This document shows positions 1 to 10,717 of a stretch of 64,000 bases of DNA, piece by piece; position 1 is the first letter of the stretch, and each line of letters opens with the position of its first letter. Origin of the DNA: Candidatus Oxydemutatoraceae bacterium (lineage in GTDB: Bacteria; Pseudomonadota; Gammaproteobacteria; Poriferisulfidales; Oxydemutatoraceae). Position numbers and translations under genes: made by a program. The notes below the pieces were generated by a model. That model was given only the letters and a program-made list of their open reading frames with translations, ran no database searches and had not been told where the DNA came from. The stretch spans positions 512,001 through 576,000 of the forward strand of contig OZ244717.1 of NCBI GenBank assembly GCA_965218975.1, in the 5' to 3' direction.

Positions 1-292
1 ACCGGTCACAACCGCCTACGCTGAGGTGCCTGATGAAGCAATAGAGGAGGGAAACGGTGAAGTGATTAAATCGCCGATGGTCGGCACTTTCTATGCCGCT
101 CCCGCACCTGATGCCGAACCATTCGTTCGTGAAGGAACAACCGTTAAACAAGGCGACACCTTGTGTATTATTGAAGCGATGAAAACGATGAATCAAATTC
201 CGGCGCCGGTCAGTGGCGCTGTAACAAAGGTTTTTGTCGAGGACAGAGACCCGGTTGAGTTTGATCAACCGTTGATGACCATTCAACCTTGA
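1..292 (+). CDS. accB: Biotin carboxyl carrier protein of acetyl-CoA carboxylase (5' part outside window)
   Basis: SPMVGTFY and IIEAMKTMN biotinylation motif; directly upstream of accC. Confidence 0.95.
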   Translation, partial: PVTTAYAEVPDEAIEEGNGEVIKSPMVGTFYAAPAPDAEPFVREGTTVKQGDTLCIIEAMKTMNQIPAPVSGAVTKVFVEDRDPVEFDQPLMTIQP

Positions 293-308
293 GCCGTCAT
301 GCACACCG

Positions 309-1658
309 ATGCTTGACAAAATTGTCATTGCAAACCGGGGAGAAATTGCTCTGCGGATTTTGCGCGCGTGCAAAGAACTTGGCGTTAAAACAGTTGCGGT
401 TTACTCGCAAGCGGATGTTTCGCTAAAACATGTCAAACTCGCCGACGAGTCGGTCTGCATCGGCCCGGCGAATTCGAGCCAAAGCTACCTTAACATTCCG
501 GCAATTATCAGTGCGGCGGAATTAACCGACGCAATGGCAGTTCATCCGGGCTATGGCTTTTTATCGGAAAACGCGCACTTTGCGGAACAAGTTGAATCAA
601 GCGGATTTATTTTTATCGGTCCGCACGCAAAAACGATTGCTTTGATGGGCGATAAGATTTCCGCACGCAAAGCGATGCAAAACGCGAGTATTCCATGTGT
701 GCCGGGCTCTGACGGACCGATCGGTTCCGATGTTTTGGAAAATATTGAAATAGCGCGTCGCATCGGCTATCCGGTTATCATCAAAGCTGCCGCCGGAGGA
801 GGCGGGCGCGGTATGCGAGTGGTGCATAGCGAAGGGGCTTTGGCAAATGCAATCATGTTGACACGGTCGGAAGCGCAATCGACATTCGGTAGCGATACGG
901 TATATATGGAAAAATTTCTCGGCCAGCCACGGCATATTGAATTTCAGGTACTAGCAGACGGGCATGGCAACGCAATCCACCTCGGCGAGCGCGATTGTTC
1001 TATGCAACGTCGCCATCAGAAAGTAGTCGAAGAAGCGCCAGCGCCAAGTATTGCTTCAAAGCAAAGAGAACAGATGGGCGCATTGGTCGTACAAGCATGC
1101 TTGGATATCGGGTATCGCGGCGCCGGCACTTTTGAATTTCTCTATGAGGGCGGTAAGTTTTATTTTATTGAGATGAATACCCGTATACAAGTGGAACATC
1201 CTGTGACCGAAATGATAACCGGCATTGACATTGTAAAGTTGCAACTGCAGATTGCAAGCGGGGAAAAACTTCCGCTGGCACAGTCCGACGTTGAGTTTCG
1301 CGGGCATGCGATCGAGTGCCGAATTAACGCCGAAGATCCGAAAACATTTATGCCGTCGCCCGGAAAGATTGATTGGTTTCATGCACCGGGCGGCCCAGGT
1401 ATCCGCATGGATACGCATTTATATAGCGGCTATACTGTGCCGCCATATTATGATTCTTTGATCGGCAAACTCATTGCCTATGGCGAGAACCGAGCGAGCG
1501 CCATTCAACGCTTGCGTTGCGCTTTGGATGAAATGTTTGTGACCGGTATTATCACGAACATCCACTTACATCAGGATATCCTGAACGATGCCGCATTCTG
1601 CGACGGCGGTTTGGATATTCACTATCTTGAGAAAAAACTTGCGCAACATCACGCGTAA
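309..1658 (+). CDS. accC: Biotin carboxylase
   Basis: [40 protein letters not shown] motifs. Confidence 0.98.
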   Translation: MLDKIVIANRGEIALRILRACKELGVKTVAVYSQADVSLKHVKLADESVCIGPANSSQSYLNIPAIISAAELTDAMAVHPGYGFLSENAHFAEQVESSGFIFIGPHAKTIALMGDKISARKAMQNASIPCVPGSDGPIGSDVLENIEIARRIGYPVIIKAAAGGGGRGMRVVHSEGALANAIMLTRSEAQSTFGSDTVYMEKFLGQPRHIEFQVLADGHGNAIHLGERDCSMQRRHQKVVEEAPAPSIASKQREQMGALVVQACLDIGYRGAGTFEFLYEGGKFYFIEMNTRIQVEHPVTEMITGIDIVKLQLQIASGEKLPLAQSDVEFRGHAIECRINAEDPKTFMPSPGKIDWFHAPGGPGIRMDTHLYSGYTVPPYYDSLIGKLIAYGENRASAIQRLRCALDEMFVTGIITNIHLHQDILNDAAFCDGGLDIHYLEKKLAQHHA

Positions 1659-1852
1659 AATCAATATGCCATTCTATCTGCGTAAGAGCGACGGGGAGTA
1701 TCTGCCTCGTTCTCATTTCCGGCGAATCGTTATTCTCATTGAGGCGGAGACTTTTGCACGCAGGAAAGGAAACTAAAGGCACTGAAAAATCACACAGCGG
1801 TCGGAGTTCGATAATTCATCCGCCGCTTGACGAAACAGCGAAGTGTATCTGT

Positions 1853-2536
1853 TGTATAGTGCCAGATACATATGGGACTCACAGCATGACTCGAAAAGGT
1901 GACCGATATGCAATATCAGCACATCGGCCACCGCATCAAAGGTTTCTATATGAGCCAATTTTGCTTCAAAAATAGAGGCTATTATGAACACAACGGCTCA
2001 ACAGAAATATGATGCCCTATTATTTTGGGAGGGTTGTAACTCCCGAACGCATTCAAGATCGGTCGCAGTACTTTGTACCGCTGGCGCCGACGTTATCGCC
2101 GCACTGGCCTCAGCGCCTTGCATGATCGCGGCAAAGCGCCGCGTAAGAGGCGCCAGCGGATCTGGCCGCAACCGATTCAGTGTGAAACCGTTTTGCGCTT
2201 GTTGCCAGATTGTCGGCAAAGTGCCTGTCGTCCATGACGAGACTTGGTTCTGTCAATGAACCCGAGCCTCGACGTCCTTGTCGGGTCGTTCGCCGCTGAA
2301 AACCAATTGGTTTTCCGGGCGCGTCTCACCCATGACGAGACTTGGTTCTGTCAATGAACCCCAGCCCCGACGTCCTTGTTGGGCCGTTCGCCGCTGAAAA
2401 CCGATCGGTTTTCCGGGCGCGTCTCACCCTGCACCGTCCTCATGCCGGCAACGGACAGAAAGTACCGATCCGAATGTTACTGCCGAACGCTTCCCTCGAA
2501 ACCCTTCAAAAATCCCATTTAGGATGACATCATACA
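1853..2536 (+). mobile_element. Internally deleted IS481-like element (subtype A) carrying two copies of the hairpin module
   Basis: Starts TGTATAGTGCCAGATAC and ends GACATCATACA; transposase N-terminus (MNTTAQQKYDALLFW) and C-terminus (LHRPHAGNGQ) match the copies at 39.6 and 53.2 kb; catalytic core missing. Confidence 0.85.
2183..2431 (+). repeat. Hairpin module, one full copy plus one ~100-bp core in tandem
   Basis: ATGACGAGACTTGGTTCTGTC...GCGCGTCTCACC at 2234 and 2332. Confidence 0.9.
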
Positions 2537-2978
2537 GCACGATGTATGTTAGATATAATTATATGCGATGATGAACTGCGTATTAAATTGAACCGGAAAT
2601 TTTCCGGCTTATGCCCTAAAAATAAGCGTTAAAAACCTTTATACGACGACTTTTTGATTTCTTCACTAAAAGCGATATGTCCAATAACTTCCTTAAATGT
2701 TTCGACATCGTACGGCGGGGTCTGCGTAAATGAAGATTCAGAGTACACTGCTACCGACAGAAATATCCGTTTTATAGCAAGGCTTCACACTGTAAACTGC
2801 TTGCCATAATAAGTGTATTATTGCCGTTTGATCGGCTTTCTCTAGACGAGCTATACGAGACCGTTTATGGAGTATAAAGTTGTTGATCAATTAAATTTTA
2901 GGAAATTGAGGCAGACATGCGTTTCGTCTGTATCTTCTCCGGACACTGTTCCAAAAAACTCTATTTGTAACAAATAAT

Positions 2979-3989
2979 ATGACAATACTAATCACCGGCG
3001 TGGCAGGTTTTATCGGTTCTGCAGTTGCTGAGTATCTTCTGCAACAAGAGGAGCGTGTGTACGGAATAGATAACTTAAACGATTACTATGACGTTAACCT
3101 CAAACGGGCCCGCCTAAATCGTTTACAGTCGTTTCCCGAGTTTTCCTTCGATAAAATAGATATTGTCGATCGCGACGAGGTAGAGAAGCTTTTTTCCGAT
3201 GAGTCGTTTGCCACGGTATTCCATGCCGCAGCACAAGCCAACGTACGCTATTCTCTGAAAAATCCAAGCGCGTACATTGAAACCAATTTAGTCGGATTTT
3301 GGAATATTTTGCATAGCTGCATGACGGCAAAAGTCAAACATCTTATATTTGCTTCGTCAAGTTCGGTGTACGGCGCGAACAAGGAAGCGCCCTCTTCCGA
3401 ATCCCATAGGGTTGATCATCCGGTTTCTTTATATGCAGCGACTAAAAGAGCCGACGAATTGCTGGCATATAGCTACGCGCACTTGTTCCGTCTTCCTTGC
3501 ACCGGAATACGCTTCTTCACTGTTTACGGTCCTTGGGGCAGACCTGATATGGCGCTGTTTTCTTTTGCAAACTCGATGCTCAAAGGACAGGCGATCGATG
3601 TGTTTAATTACGGCGAGATACGACGCGACTTTACGTATATTGACGATGCAATTGCCGGGGTAGTCGGATTGATTGGGCACATTCCGCAATCCGACGACGG
3701 CGATGCCGGCGGAAATATTTCGCCAGTTGCTAAAACACCTTATAAAATCTACAACATAGGCAGTAATCAACCGCAACAATTGATGGATTTAATCACGTAC
3801 CTTGAAAACGAGTTAGGAATAAAAGCTATTAAAAACATGTTACCTATGCAGATCGGAGACGTTCCGTCGACTTTTGCCGATACGACAGATATTGCAAGAG
3901 ATATCGGATTTAAAGCGACGGTTTCTTTGCGGGAAGGAGTGAGACGATTTGTTCGTTGGTATAAAGGTTATCTATCTGAATTAAACTGA
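2979..3989 (+). CDS. NAD-dependent epimerase, UDP-glucuronate 4-epimerase-like
   Basis: ITGVAGFIG, ASSSSVYG, YAATK, FFTVYGPWGRPDMA. Confidence 0.9.
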   Translation: MTILITGVAGFIGSAVAEYLLQQEERVYGIDNLNDYYDVNLKRARLNRLQSFPEFSFDKIDIVDRDEVEKLFSDESFATVFHAAAQANVRYSLKNPSAYIETNLVGFWNILHSCMTAKVKHLIFASSSSVYGANKEAPSSESHRVDHPVSLYAATKRADELLAYSYAHLFRLPCTGIRFFTVYGPWGRPDMALFSFANSMLKGQAIDVFNYGEIRRDFTYIDDAIAGVVGLIGHIPQSDDGDAGGNISPVAKTPYKIYNIGSNQPQQLMDLITYLENELGIKAIKNMLPMQIGDVPSTFADTTDIARDIGFKATVSLREGVRRFVRWYKGYLSELN

Positions 3990-4010
3990 AGTCGGTATCG
4001 CGAAGCCTGT

Positions 4011-5543
4011 TTACGATAGATAGAAATAACTAATAGTTGTAATCATTACAATCGCGATCAGGTTCATCCAAAAACCGGATTTAACCATTTGTGAGACACG
4101 TATATACCCGGAACCAAATACGATTGTATTCGGCGGAGTCGCGACCGGCATCATAAATGCGCAACTCGCCGCAAAACTCACCGGTATCAGTAACAGTAGA
4201 GGGGGGATGTCAAATGCTGACGCAACTGCGGCAAACATCGGAACCAATACAGCTGTAGTTGCCGTGTTTGATGCGAATTCGGTTAAGAATACGACCAAAG
4301 TGACCACCAGCAATAACACCGCGAGATCAGGCAAATGCGCAAAGCCTGCAATTTGGGCACCTAGCAGTTGATCGACTCCATTGCTCTTAACCGCCTTCGC
4401 CAAAGCAAAGCCGCCGCCAAGCAAGATGAGAATCCCCCACGGCAGCCGCACGGCCGTCTGCCAATCCATCGCCGCTTGCCCATTTCCCGCCGGTAGCACA
4501 AATAGTAACAGCGCAGCAAGGATGGCAATACCGGCATCGGACAACCCGGCAAACGGTAAATACGTGTTGCCCGCAATTTCGACATTGATGCCACTGATAA
4601 AAGGCCGCGTTACCCATAATGTCGCCGCCAATATGAACACACTTAAGCTAATCCATTCGCCATTGCTCATTGAACCGAGCGCATAATAATGCACTTTCAG
4701 ATTCTCGCGTCGAATACCGGGTAGCTGCCGGTCCAATGGAAAAACAAGATGCGTGAGCAACAACCAGCAAGCAAATAATAAAGTCAGACTTACCGGCAAC
4801 GCCATTTTTACCCAACCGACAAATGAAATATCAGCGCTAAATTCCGCCGTCAACGAGTTTTGGATAAAATTTGCAGTAAACACGTTTGGCGGAGTGCCGA
4901 TGATTGTCGAAATACCGCCAAGACTTGCGGCATAAGCGATGGCAATCATCAAACAGACAGAAAAATTATCCGTGTAAGGGGCGGCCTTTTTCTCATCACT
5001 CACAACCGTGTCGCGTAGCGACAACACGCTTAAAGCGATGGGGAATAACATGATTGTGGTTGCGGTATTCGATACAAAGGCGCTCAAAAACGCGGATACC
5101 AGCATAAAACCTGCGACGATATTAGCCGGACGCTCGCCCATAGCCAGTAACACAAGCAATGCAATGCGTTTATCAAGATGCCAACGGTTGATAGACAATC
5201 CTAAGATTAAACCGCCGACGAACAAGAAAATTAAATCCGACGCATAAGAAGCCGCTGTAGCCTTGATATCAGCAATGCCGAACATGGGAAACAGCGCAAG
5301 AGGCAACATGGCGGTAATAGCAATATCCACTGCTTCGGTAAACCACCACACTCCCATCCAGACGGCTATTGCGATGGTCATTTTAGCTGCCGGGGCAAGT
5401 AGCACCTCATTGCCGTTCGGCGTGATATAACTATCCGGCAAGGACCAATAAAGCAATGCCCCAAGTAGAGGGCCTGCGATTAGCGCAGGATAACGTAAGC
5501 TGTTTTTGCAGGAGTCAGAACCCGCAACCGTATTGATCTTCAC
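4011..5543 (-). CDS. SLC13/DASS family anion:sodium symporter
   Basis: SNTATT twice, IGTPPN, MPVATPPN; many transmembrane segments. Confidence 0.92.
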   Translation of the reverse strand: MKINTVAGSDSCKNSLRYPALIAGPLLGALLYWSLPDSYITPNGNEVLLAPAAKMTIAIAVWMGVWWFTEAVDIAITAMLPLALFPMFGIADIKATAASYASDLIFLFVGGLILGLSINRWHLDKRIALLVLLAMGERPANIVAGFMLVSAFLSAFVSNTATTIMLFPIALSVLSLRDTVVSDEKKAAPYTDNFSVCLMIAIAYAASLGGISTIIGTPPNVFTANFIQNSLTAEFSADISFVGWVKMALPVSLTLLFACWLLLTHLVFPLDRQLPGIRRENLKVHYYALGSMSNGEWISLSVFILAATLWVTRPFISGINVEIAGNTYLPFAGLSDAGIAILAALLLFVLPAGNGQAAMDWQTAVRLPWGILILLGGGFALAKAVKSNGVDQLLGAQIAGFAHLPDLAVLLLVVTLVVFLTEFASNTATTAVLVPMFAAVASAFDIPPLLLLIPVSFAASCAFMMPVATPPNTIVFGSGYIRVSQMVKSGFWMNLIAIVMITTISYFYLS

Positions 5544-5578
5544 TCGAAATCACGGACTTTCGGATTTATGGACGAAAA

Positions 5579-6436
5579 TTAATCACCGAATCGATAGCCA
5601 AATTGTTCAATATCTTGCGCGTATTTTTTGGCAACCAGCTTGCGAGTTTTATCGGAGTAAAAATCAATGTAATCCAGAGGGGCCTCTGAAGATATATTGG
5701 CTTTCACCTTGCCCCATCTAAGTAAATTTTTATCCAGATTGACACGGCTAATTATTTGAGCAAGGCCACCGGGGAAATCTTCGACGTGGCCGACAAAGTC
5801 AACAAACTTCATATCAAAAAAGTCAGATTGCAGTCTGAAATGCGGTTCGCATAAGCCGTCGGGAACGCGACATACGAAATTCACAAAATCAGAAAATGCC
5901 ATGTCTTTAAAATTCACCCAAGGATATAGAAAGTAGAAATGTCTGAATACGTCAGGGTACATTTGTAAAATCTTATCTCTGTAGCATGAAACGAGTCTCG
6001 CCCAAGGATTTCTGACAAAGGTAAAACGGAAGGCATTATCAAATTGAGGTTCCGGAAGGGGATTAATTTCAGATTTCCAGTGATTGATATAAGCATACTG
6101 CAGATAGCGAACAAATCTATCCTGCACGGCCTGTTGCTTAAGTTTGTTATAGATTGTACTCTCCTGCATCTTCGGGAGGGGAGCGCCCATGACATCAAGG
6201 AGGAATGATTGAATTAATGTGCATCCGCTTTTAGGAATCAAATAATAGGCCAAATAACGGTTTTTGCTCCTCACAAAACAGATTCTACGCTCTATATTGC
6301 CAACGTTTTTACCCACACGTAACGCGCAAAGACAATAAAATCTGAGTCGCAAATACATAACTTTTACTAATATACGACCCTTTTCCCATGCAAAGTTCAA
6401 TAAGCCGCCTTTCCATTGTTTATTCTCTTTTCTCAT
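5579..6436 (-). CDS. Sulfotransferase (Sulfotransfer_2-like, carbohydrate sulfotransferase type)
   Basis: IPKSGCT 5'-PAPS loop, FTFVRNPWARLVSCY 3'-PAPS motif, C-terminal Y..D...FGY. Confidence 0.85.
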   Translation of the reverse strand: MRKENKQWKGGLLNFAWEKGRILVKVMYLRLRFYCLCALRVGKNVGNIERRICFVRSKNRYLAYYLIPKSGCTLIQSFLLDVMGAPLPKMQESTIYNKLKQQAVQDRFVRYLQYAYINHWKSEINPLPEPQFDNAFRFTFVRNPWARLVSCYRDKILQMYPDVFRHFYFLYPWVNFKDMAFSDFVNFVCRVPDGLCEPHFRLQSDFFDMKFVDFVGHVEDFPGGLAQIISRVNLDKNLLRWGKVKANISSEAPLDYIDFYSDKTRKLVAKKYAQDIEQFGYRFGD

Positions 6437-6768
6437 AGCATATTTATTATTTTACAGAAGCGGGCTCGTTTGTGAAATAGCAAACTTTTTGTACACTGGC
6501 ATTCACTGGGGTTGCAATCCTCGATACAATCGCTCCTGACTCACCACTTGGAGTGCCAAATGTTATGGACCTATACAACACAGTGCATTCGTACGCTTAG
6601 AATATTAATCTGAAATACCTCCTTTTAGTATTGTATAGATAATCTAAAAGCCGTTTTCACCAAAGCCTTCTATTTTGTCGGCCGAACCGTACCGCCGTAT
6701 TCCTAATCGGGTATGCCTTGAGCGTCTGATACGTTCTCCATTTTAACACTTTGTTGTATCCATCCGAA

Positions 6769-8244
6769 TTAAATTCCTAACGGAATATCAAGCACGATCC
6801 ACGCACCAAACAGCATTAGCCAGCCACTGCCGATCGCCACAGTATATGGAAGCATCACTGCAAGCAATGTACCAATACCCGCGCGTCGGTCGTAGCGGTA
6901 TAGAAACGTTGCGACTAAGGCAAAGTACGGCATCAAGGGAGTTATAATATTTGTCGCGCTGTCGCCGATTCGGTATGCCGCCTGCGTCGCTTCCGGACTG
7001 ATGCCCACGAGATATAACATCGGGATAAAAATCGGTGCGATCAATGTCCACTTCGCCGACGAGCTACCAATCAGCAGGTTAGTTATTGCCGCGAGTGCAG
7101 TGAATGCGACCAAAATGAGACTGCTCGGCAGCTCAAGACTGCGTAACCACGTGGCGCTGTGAATCGCACTAATCAAACCGAGATTAGTCCAGTGAAAATA
7201 GCTGACTGCTTGCGCCGCAAAAAACATCAGCACGATGTAGCCCGCCATCGTGCGCATACTGTTCTCCATGCTGTCAATAACACCGCATTGAGGTGTGAAC
7301 CGTCCGCTAGCGCGCCCGAAAATCCAGCCGGCCAATCCAGCGTATAAAGTGATGACGACAACGATACCTTTGATGAAAGGCGACGATGCAAAATTACCGC
7401 TACCGCGGAGTACGCCGCTATCAGGCCACAGCGCTATGGTCAGTGACAGACCGACCAACAAAGTAAACCATTTGGTGTGACGTAACCCGCGGCGATCGGC
7501 CACCGTCAATCGGTGAACGTCCGGCAGAGCAATTGTCGATTGATCGGGACGATAGTCTCCAAGGCGCGGCGCGACGATCCGTTCGGTAACCCATGCACCG
7601 ATAAACGCCACTAGCGGCGTCGAAGCCAACATAAAGAAGTAATTACTCGTCGCGCTGACTTCGTAATCTGCAACCAACAGCCGCATCGCCGAACTTGAAA
7701 TGCCGGCAAGCAACGGGTCAAGCGGTCCAATCAGGAAGTTAGCGCTAAACCCGCCGCTGACGCCGGCAAAAGCAGCAGCAATTCCCGCAATCGGGTGCCG
7801 CCCTGCCGCAATAAACAAAGAACCGGCCAACGGAATCAACACAACATAACCCACATCGGCGGCAAGACTTGAGAGAACACCCGCTAGTACCACCGAAAAA
7901 CTGAGTAACGCGGGCGGCATACGTAAGATCAGCGCACGCAACACAGTGGGTAGTAAGCCCGACTCTTCAGCAATGCCAAACCCTAGCATGGCAACCAATA
8001 CGATGCCGACCGGTGCAAAGTTGGTAAAGTTGCTTACTGTTTCGGCAAGAATTCGATGCAAGCCGGCGACGCTGATGAGATTGACCGCAACAATCGTCTC
8101 GCCGCCGATCGGATGTGTTGCCGACACATTGAACGTAGAACACAACCACGACAGTAACGGAATCAAAATACACAACGCAACGAACAACGCTGCCGGGTGC
8201 GGTAAGCGATTACCCAGCATTTCAATGCGGTCAAGAAAAGACAT
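6769..8244 (-). CDS. abgT: AbgT family transporter (start moved to MSFLDRIE)
   Basis: GNRLPHP, GVSGGFSAN, AAYRIGDSATNIITPLMPYF. Confidence 0.9.
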   Translation of the reverse strand: MSFLDRIEMLGNRLPHPAALFVALCILIPLLSWLCSTFNVSATHPIGGETIVAVNLISVAGLHRILAETVSNFTNFAPVGIVLVAMLGFGIAEESGLLPTVLRALILRMPPALLSFSVVLAGVLSSLAADVGYVVLIPLAGSLFIAAGRHPIAGIAAAFAGVSGGFSANFLIGPLDPLLAGISSSAMRLLVADYEVSATSNYFFMLASTPLVAFIGAWVTERIVAPRLGDYRPDQSTIALPDVHRLTVADRRGLRHTKWFTLLVGLSLTIALWPDSGVLRGSGNFASSPFIKGIVVVITLYAGLAGWIFGRASGRFTPQCGVIDSMENSMRTMAGYIVLMFFAAQAVSYFHWTNLGLISAIHSATWLRSLELPSSLILVAFTALAAITNLLIGSSSAKWTLIAPIFIPMLYLVGISPEATQAAYRIGDSATNIITPLMPYFALVATFLYRYDRRAGIGTLLAVMLPYTVAIGSGWLMLFGAWIVLDIPLGI

Positions 8245-8805
8245 TAATAATGCATCGCTTGGTCGGCACTTATAACAAGCAGTATATAAAAAGCTCTCGG
8301 TACTTGTTTTTGAGTCGTCTGATAATCTTCCACGCTTCCTACCTCCCTCGAAGCATTTGTTGCTTATGCCCGCCGAATGCCGCCGGCGCGCGGGGCGATA
8401 CCGCATAGGAGTTGATTGTAATCCATGACATTAAGCAGCTGTCAATAAAAAATTATCTCGCAATGAACTGCTCCGTGACTAATCCGACGCTAAACAGCTG
8501 TTGAAGTCAATGCCGTCATTGAGCAGGCACAGACTATTCTGCATTAAAGTATACTGGCGGTGGAATTGATATTAATCTGAGTCTCGATTGCGGGAACCAA
8601 GCAAAAAAACGAGACTTTGTCGCGCGTTTTTTTCAATAAAATGAGGGATAAAAAAAGAAACCTTAAAGCATAGAAGATAAGTGTCTAGAGAAATCCACAA
8701 TACAGGCATCGTCAAGTGCCGGTGTATATGTATAGTGTCAACTACAGCCGGAAAGATTAAAATAGGCATTCGGCTGCCAATGATAATTAAGACGGGACTT
8801 TAACG

Positions 8806-9747
8806 TTGATGAGACCAGATACTAAAACTGCCGCTGATACCGCACATGCGAAATATCGGGTTCTACAAGCAGCGTCCGCTGTGCGACAAGATTTTAAATT
8901 CCTTACCAATCTGCGCAAAAACCAACGATGGCGGGCATTTAAGTTGGCACAAACAAACATTTCCTACAAGCGTTTGATGGTACCGATTAAAAAACCTGTT
9001 CAGATCAGCGCCGCTGAAAAAACAGCTCTCCGGAACAATTGTCGAGATTATAACTTAAGTTTTTACCGTTGCGCTTCTCTCTGCGACCCGCAAACTCTTC
9101 TTACATTCTGGTCCCAGTTGGGATTAACCGATGTAATTGCTAATCCGGAAGCAGACCATTATGGACTCAGCCATATTCAAGTCAAATCTGATTCACGCTA
9201 TATCCCGTACTCAGATAAACCTCTGCTGTGGCACACTGACGGATACTACAATGTCGGAGCAAAAACCATCTACTCATTTGCAATGCACTGCATCCGTCCC
9301 GCCGTATCGGGCGGAAAAAATTACTACTTTGACCCTGAGATCCTGTACTTATTGATCGGCGATGAAAATCCGGACTACATTCGGGTGCTGGTACACCCAC
9401 TAGCAATGACGATACCGGCAAATCCAGAAATTGGCATGAATTATCGCGACGAGGTCAGTGTGCCGATGCTTACGTATGACAATGGAAAATTGCTATTTCG
9501 CTATACCGAACGCACTCATGCTATCAAGTGGCGTGACGATGCTATGCTGACTCAAGCACGCGCGTTTATACGCAACACACTACGTAACAACACACGTTAC
9601 CGCTTGGGTTACAAACTCAATGCCAACGAAGGCATAATTTGCAACAATGTGTTACATAGCCGAACAGCTTTTGTCCACCATCCGACAACTAATCCCGAAC
9701 AATCTCGCCTGCTGTACCGTGCCAGATTCCACAACGCTATCGCTTAA
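8806..9747 (+). CDS. TauD/TfdA-family Fe(II)/2-oxoglutarate dioxygenase-like protein
   Basis: WHTDGYYN (HxD) and distal NNVLHSR. Confidence 0.8.
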   Translation: MMRPDTKTAADTAHAKYRVLQAASAVRQDFKFLTNLRKNQRWRAFKLAQTNISYKRLMVPIKKPVQISAAEKTALRNNCRDYNLSFYRCASLCDPQTLLTFWSQLGLTDVIANPEADHYGLSHIQVKSDSRYIPYSDKPLLWHTDGYYNVGAKTIYSFAMHCIRPAVSGGKNYYFDPEILYLLIGDENPDYIRVLVHPLAMTIPANPEIGMNYRDEVSVPMLTYDNGKLLFRYTERTHAIKWRDDAMLTQARAFIRNTLRNNTRYRLGYKLNANEGIICNNVLHSRTAFVHHPTTNPEQSRLLYRARFHNAIA

Positions 9748-9777
9748 TCGCATTGTTACCGGATCGCGCGACCGGCG

Positions 9778-9972
9778 ATGCTAAAATTAAGTACGATTCT
9801 TTTGCGACATCATAACTTATCAGGCTTTGATGAGTTGGTTACAGTCATCCGCGAACATGCCGGTGGCGGAGAAATTTTTCTTGAGTTTGACATTCGACCG
9901 CCGTTCCCGGATACGCCCGACAACTGGCAAGACCTGCTTGAAGCCACATTTACCGGTACAATGCGCAATTAA
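9778..9972 (+). CDS. 64-aa hypothetical protein of the TauD-Cas6-DsrC cluster
   Basis: Fills the gap between co-oriented genes; DIRPPFPDTPDNWQDLLEA resembles small proteins I recall from sulfur oxidisers. Confidence 0.7.
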   Translation: MLKLSTILLRHHNLSGFDELVTVIREHAGGGEIFLEFDIRPPFPDTPDNWQDLLEATFTGTMRN

Positions 9973-10015
9973 AACGAGACTATACAAACCTGTTACGACG
10001 GACGGATTGCTCCCT

Positions 10016-10702
10016 ATGCACTGGCAAGAAGAAAAGGACGAAGAAAGGAAACAAACAAAAATATCAAGCAAGGTGTCGGATCTTTGCTTCAAAATTGACT
10101 GTCGCAGTCTGCCTATTGATCACGGTTGGATATTACAGGAAGCTCTGGAGGAAGAGCTGCCTTGGCTAGCCAATGAGCCGTTTGCGGCCATTCACGATAT
10201 TCATGGTGCGGAAAGCGGTAACGGCTGGATTCGCCCGAGTGGTGGTGACGTTATTTATCTATCGCGACGCGCCAGATTACGCATTCGTTTGCCAAACCAC
10301 CGTATTGACGATGCAAAGCTCCTAGAGCATCGAGAACTGAAACTTGCTGAATATATACTCACAATCGGGGCGAGCCGTGTATTACCACTGATTCAGCATA
10401 AAACTTTATTCGCACGTTATCTGCCGGATAATGCCCTTAACGAAGATACTTTTCTGGATGCTGTAATACAGATGCTTGCGCAAAAGAGAATTCACCCGCC
10501 GCGGATTATGAGCGGTAAACAACGTACCATGTACACTCCCAAAGGCAATCTGAACACTCGCAGTGTAATGATTGACGGATTAGACCCGGCGAGTTCATTG
10601 TTACTTCAAGAGGAAGGACTCGGGCTACAGCATCGTTTGGGTTGCGGTATATTTCTACCACACAAAGGGATCGGTGCAGTTTATAAATTAAACAACACCT
10701 AA
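10016..10702 (+). CDS. Orphan Cas6-like (Myxan/Cmx6-type RAMP) protein; likely start MHWQEE
   Basis: LPIDH near N-terminus, AESGNGW, C-terminal glycine loop GLGLQHRLGCGIF; no array or other cas gene in window. Confidence 0.8.
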   Translation: MHWQEEKDEERKQTKISSKVSDLCFKIDCRSLPIDHGWILQEALEEELPWLANEPFAAIHDIHGAESGNGWIRPSGGDVIYLSRRARLRIRLPNHRIDDAKLLEHRELKLAEYILTIGASRVLPLIQHKTLFARYLPDNALNEDTFLDAVIQMLAQKRIHPPRIMSGKQRTMYTPKGNLNTRSVMIDGLDPASSLLLQEEGLGLQHRLGCGIFLPHKGIGAVYKLNNT

Positions 10703-10717
10703 TATAAAGGAGGTTTT

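Noticed and set aside
8245-8805. CRISPR array or leader near the Cas6-like gene
   Set aside because: No regularly spaced direct repeats; only a chance CAGCTGT pair and a possible eroded IS end near 8729.
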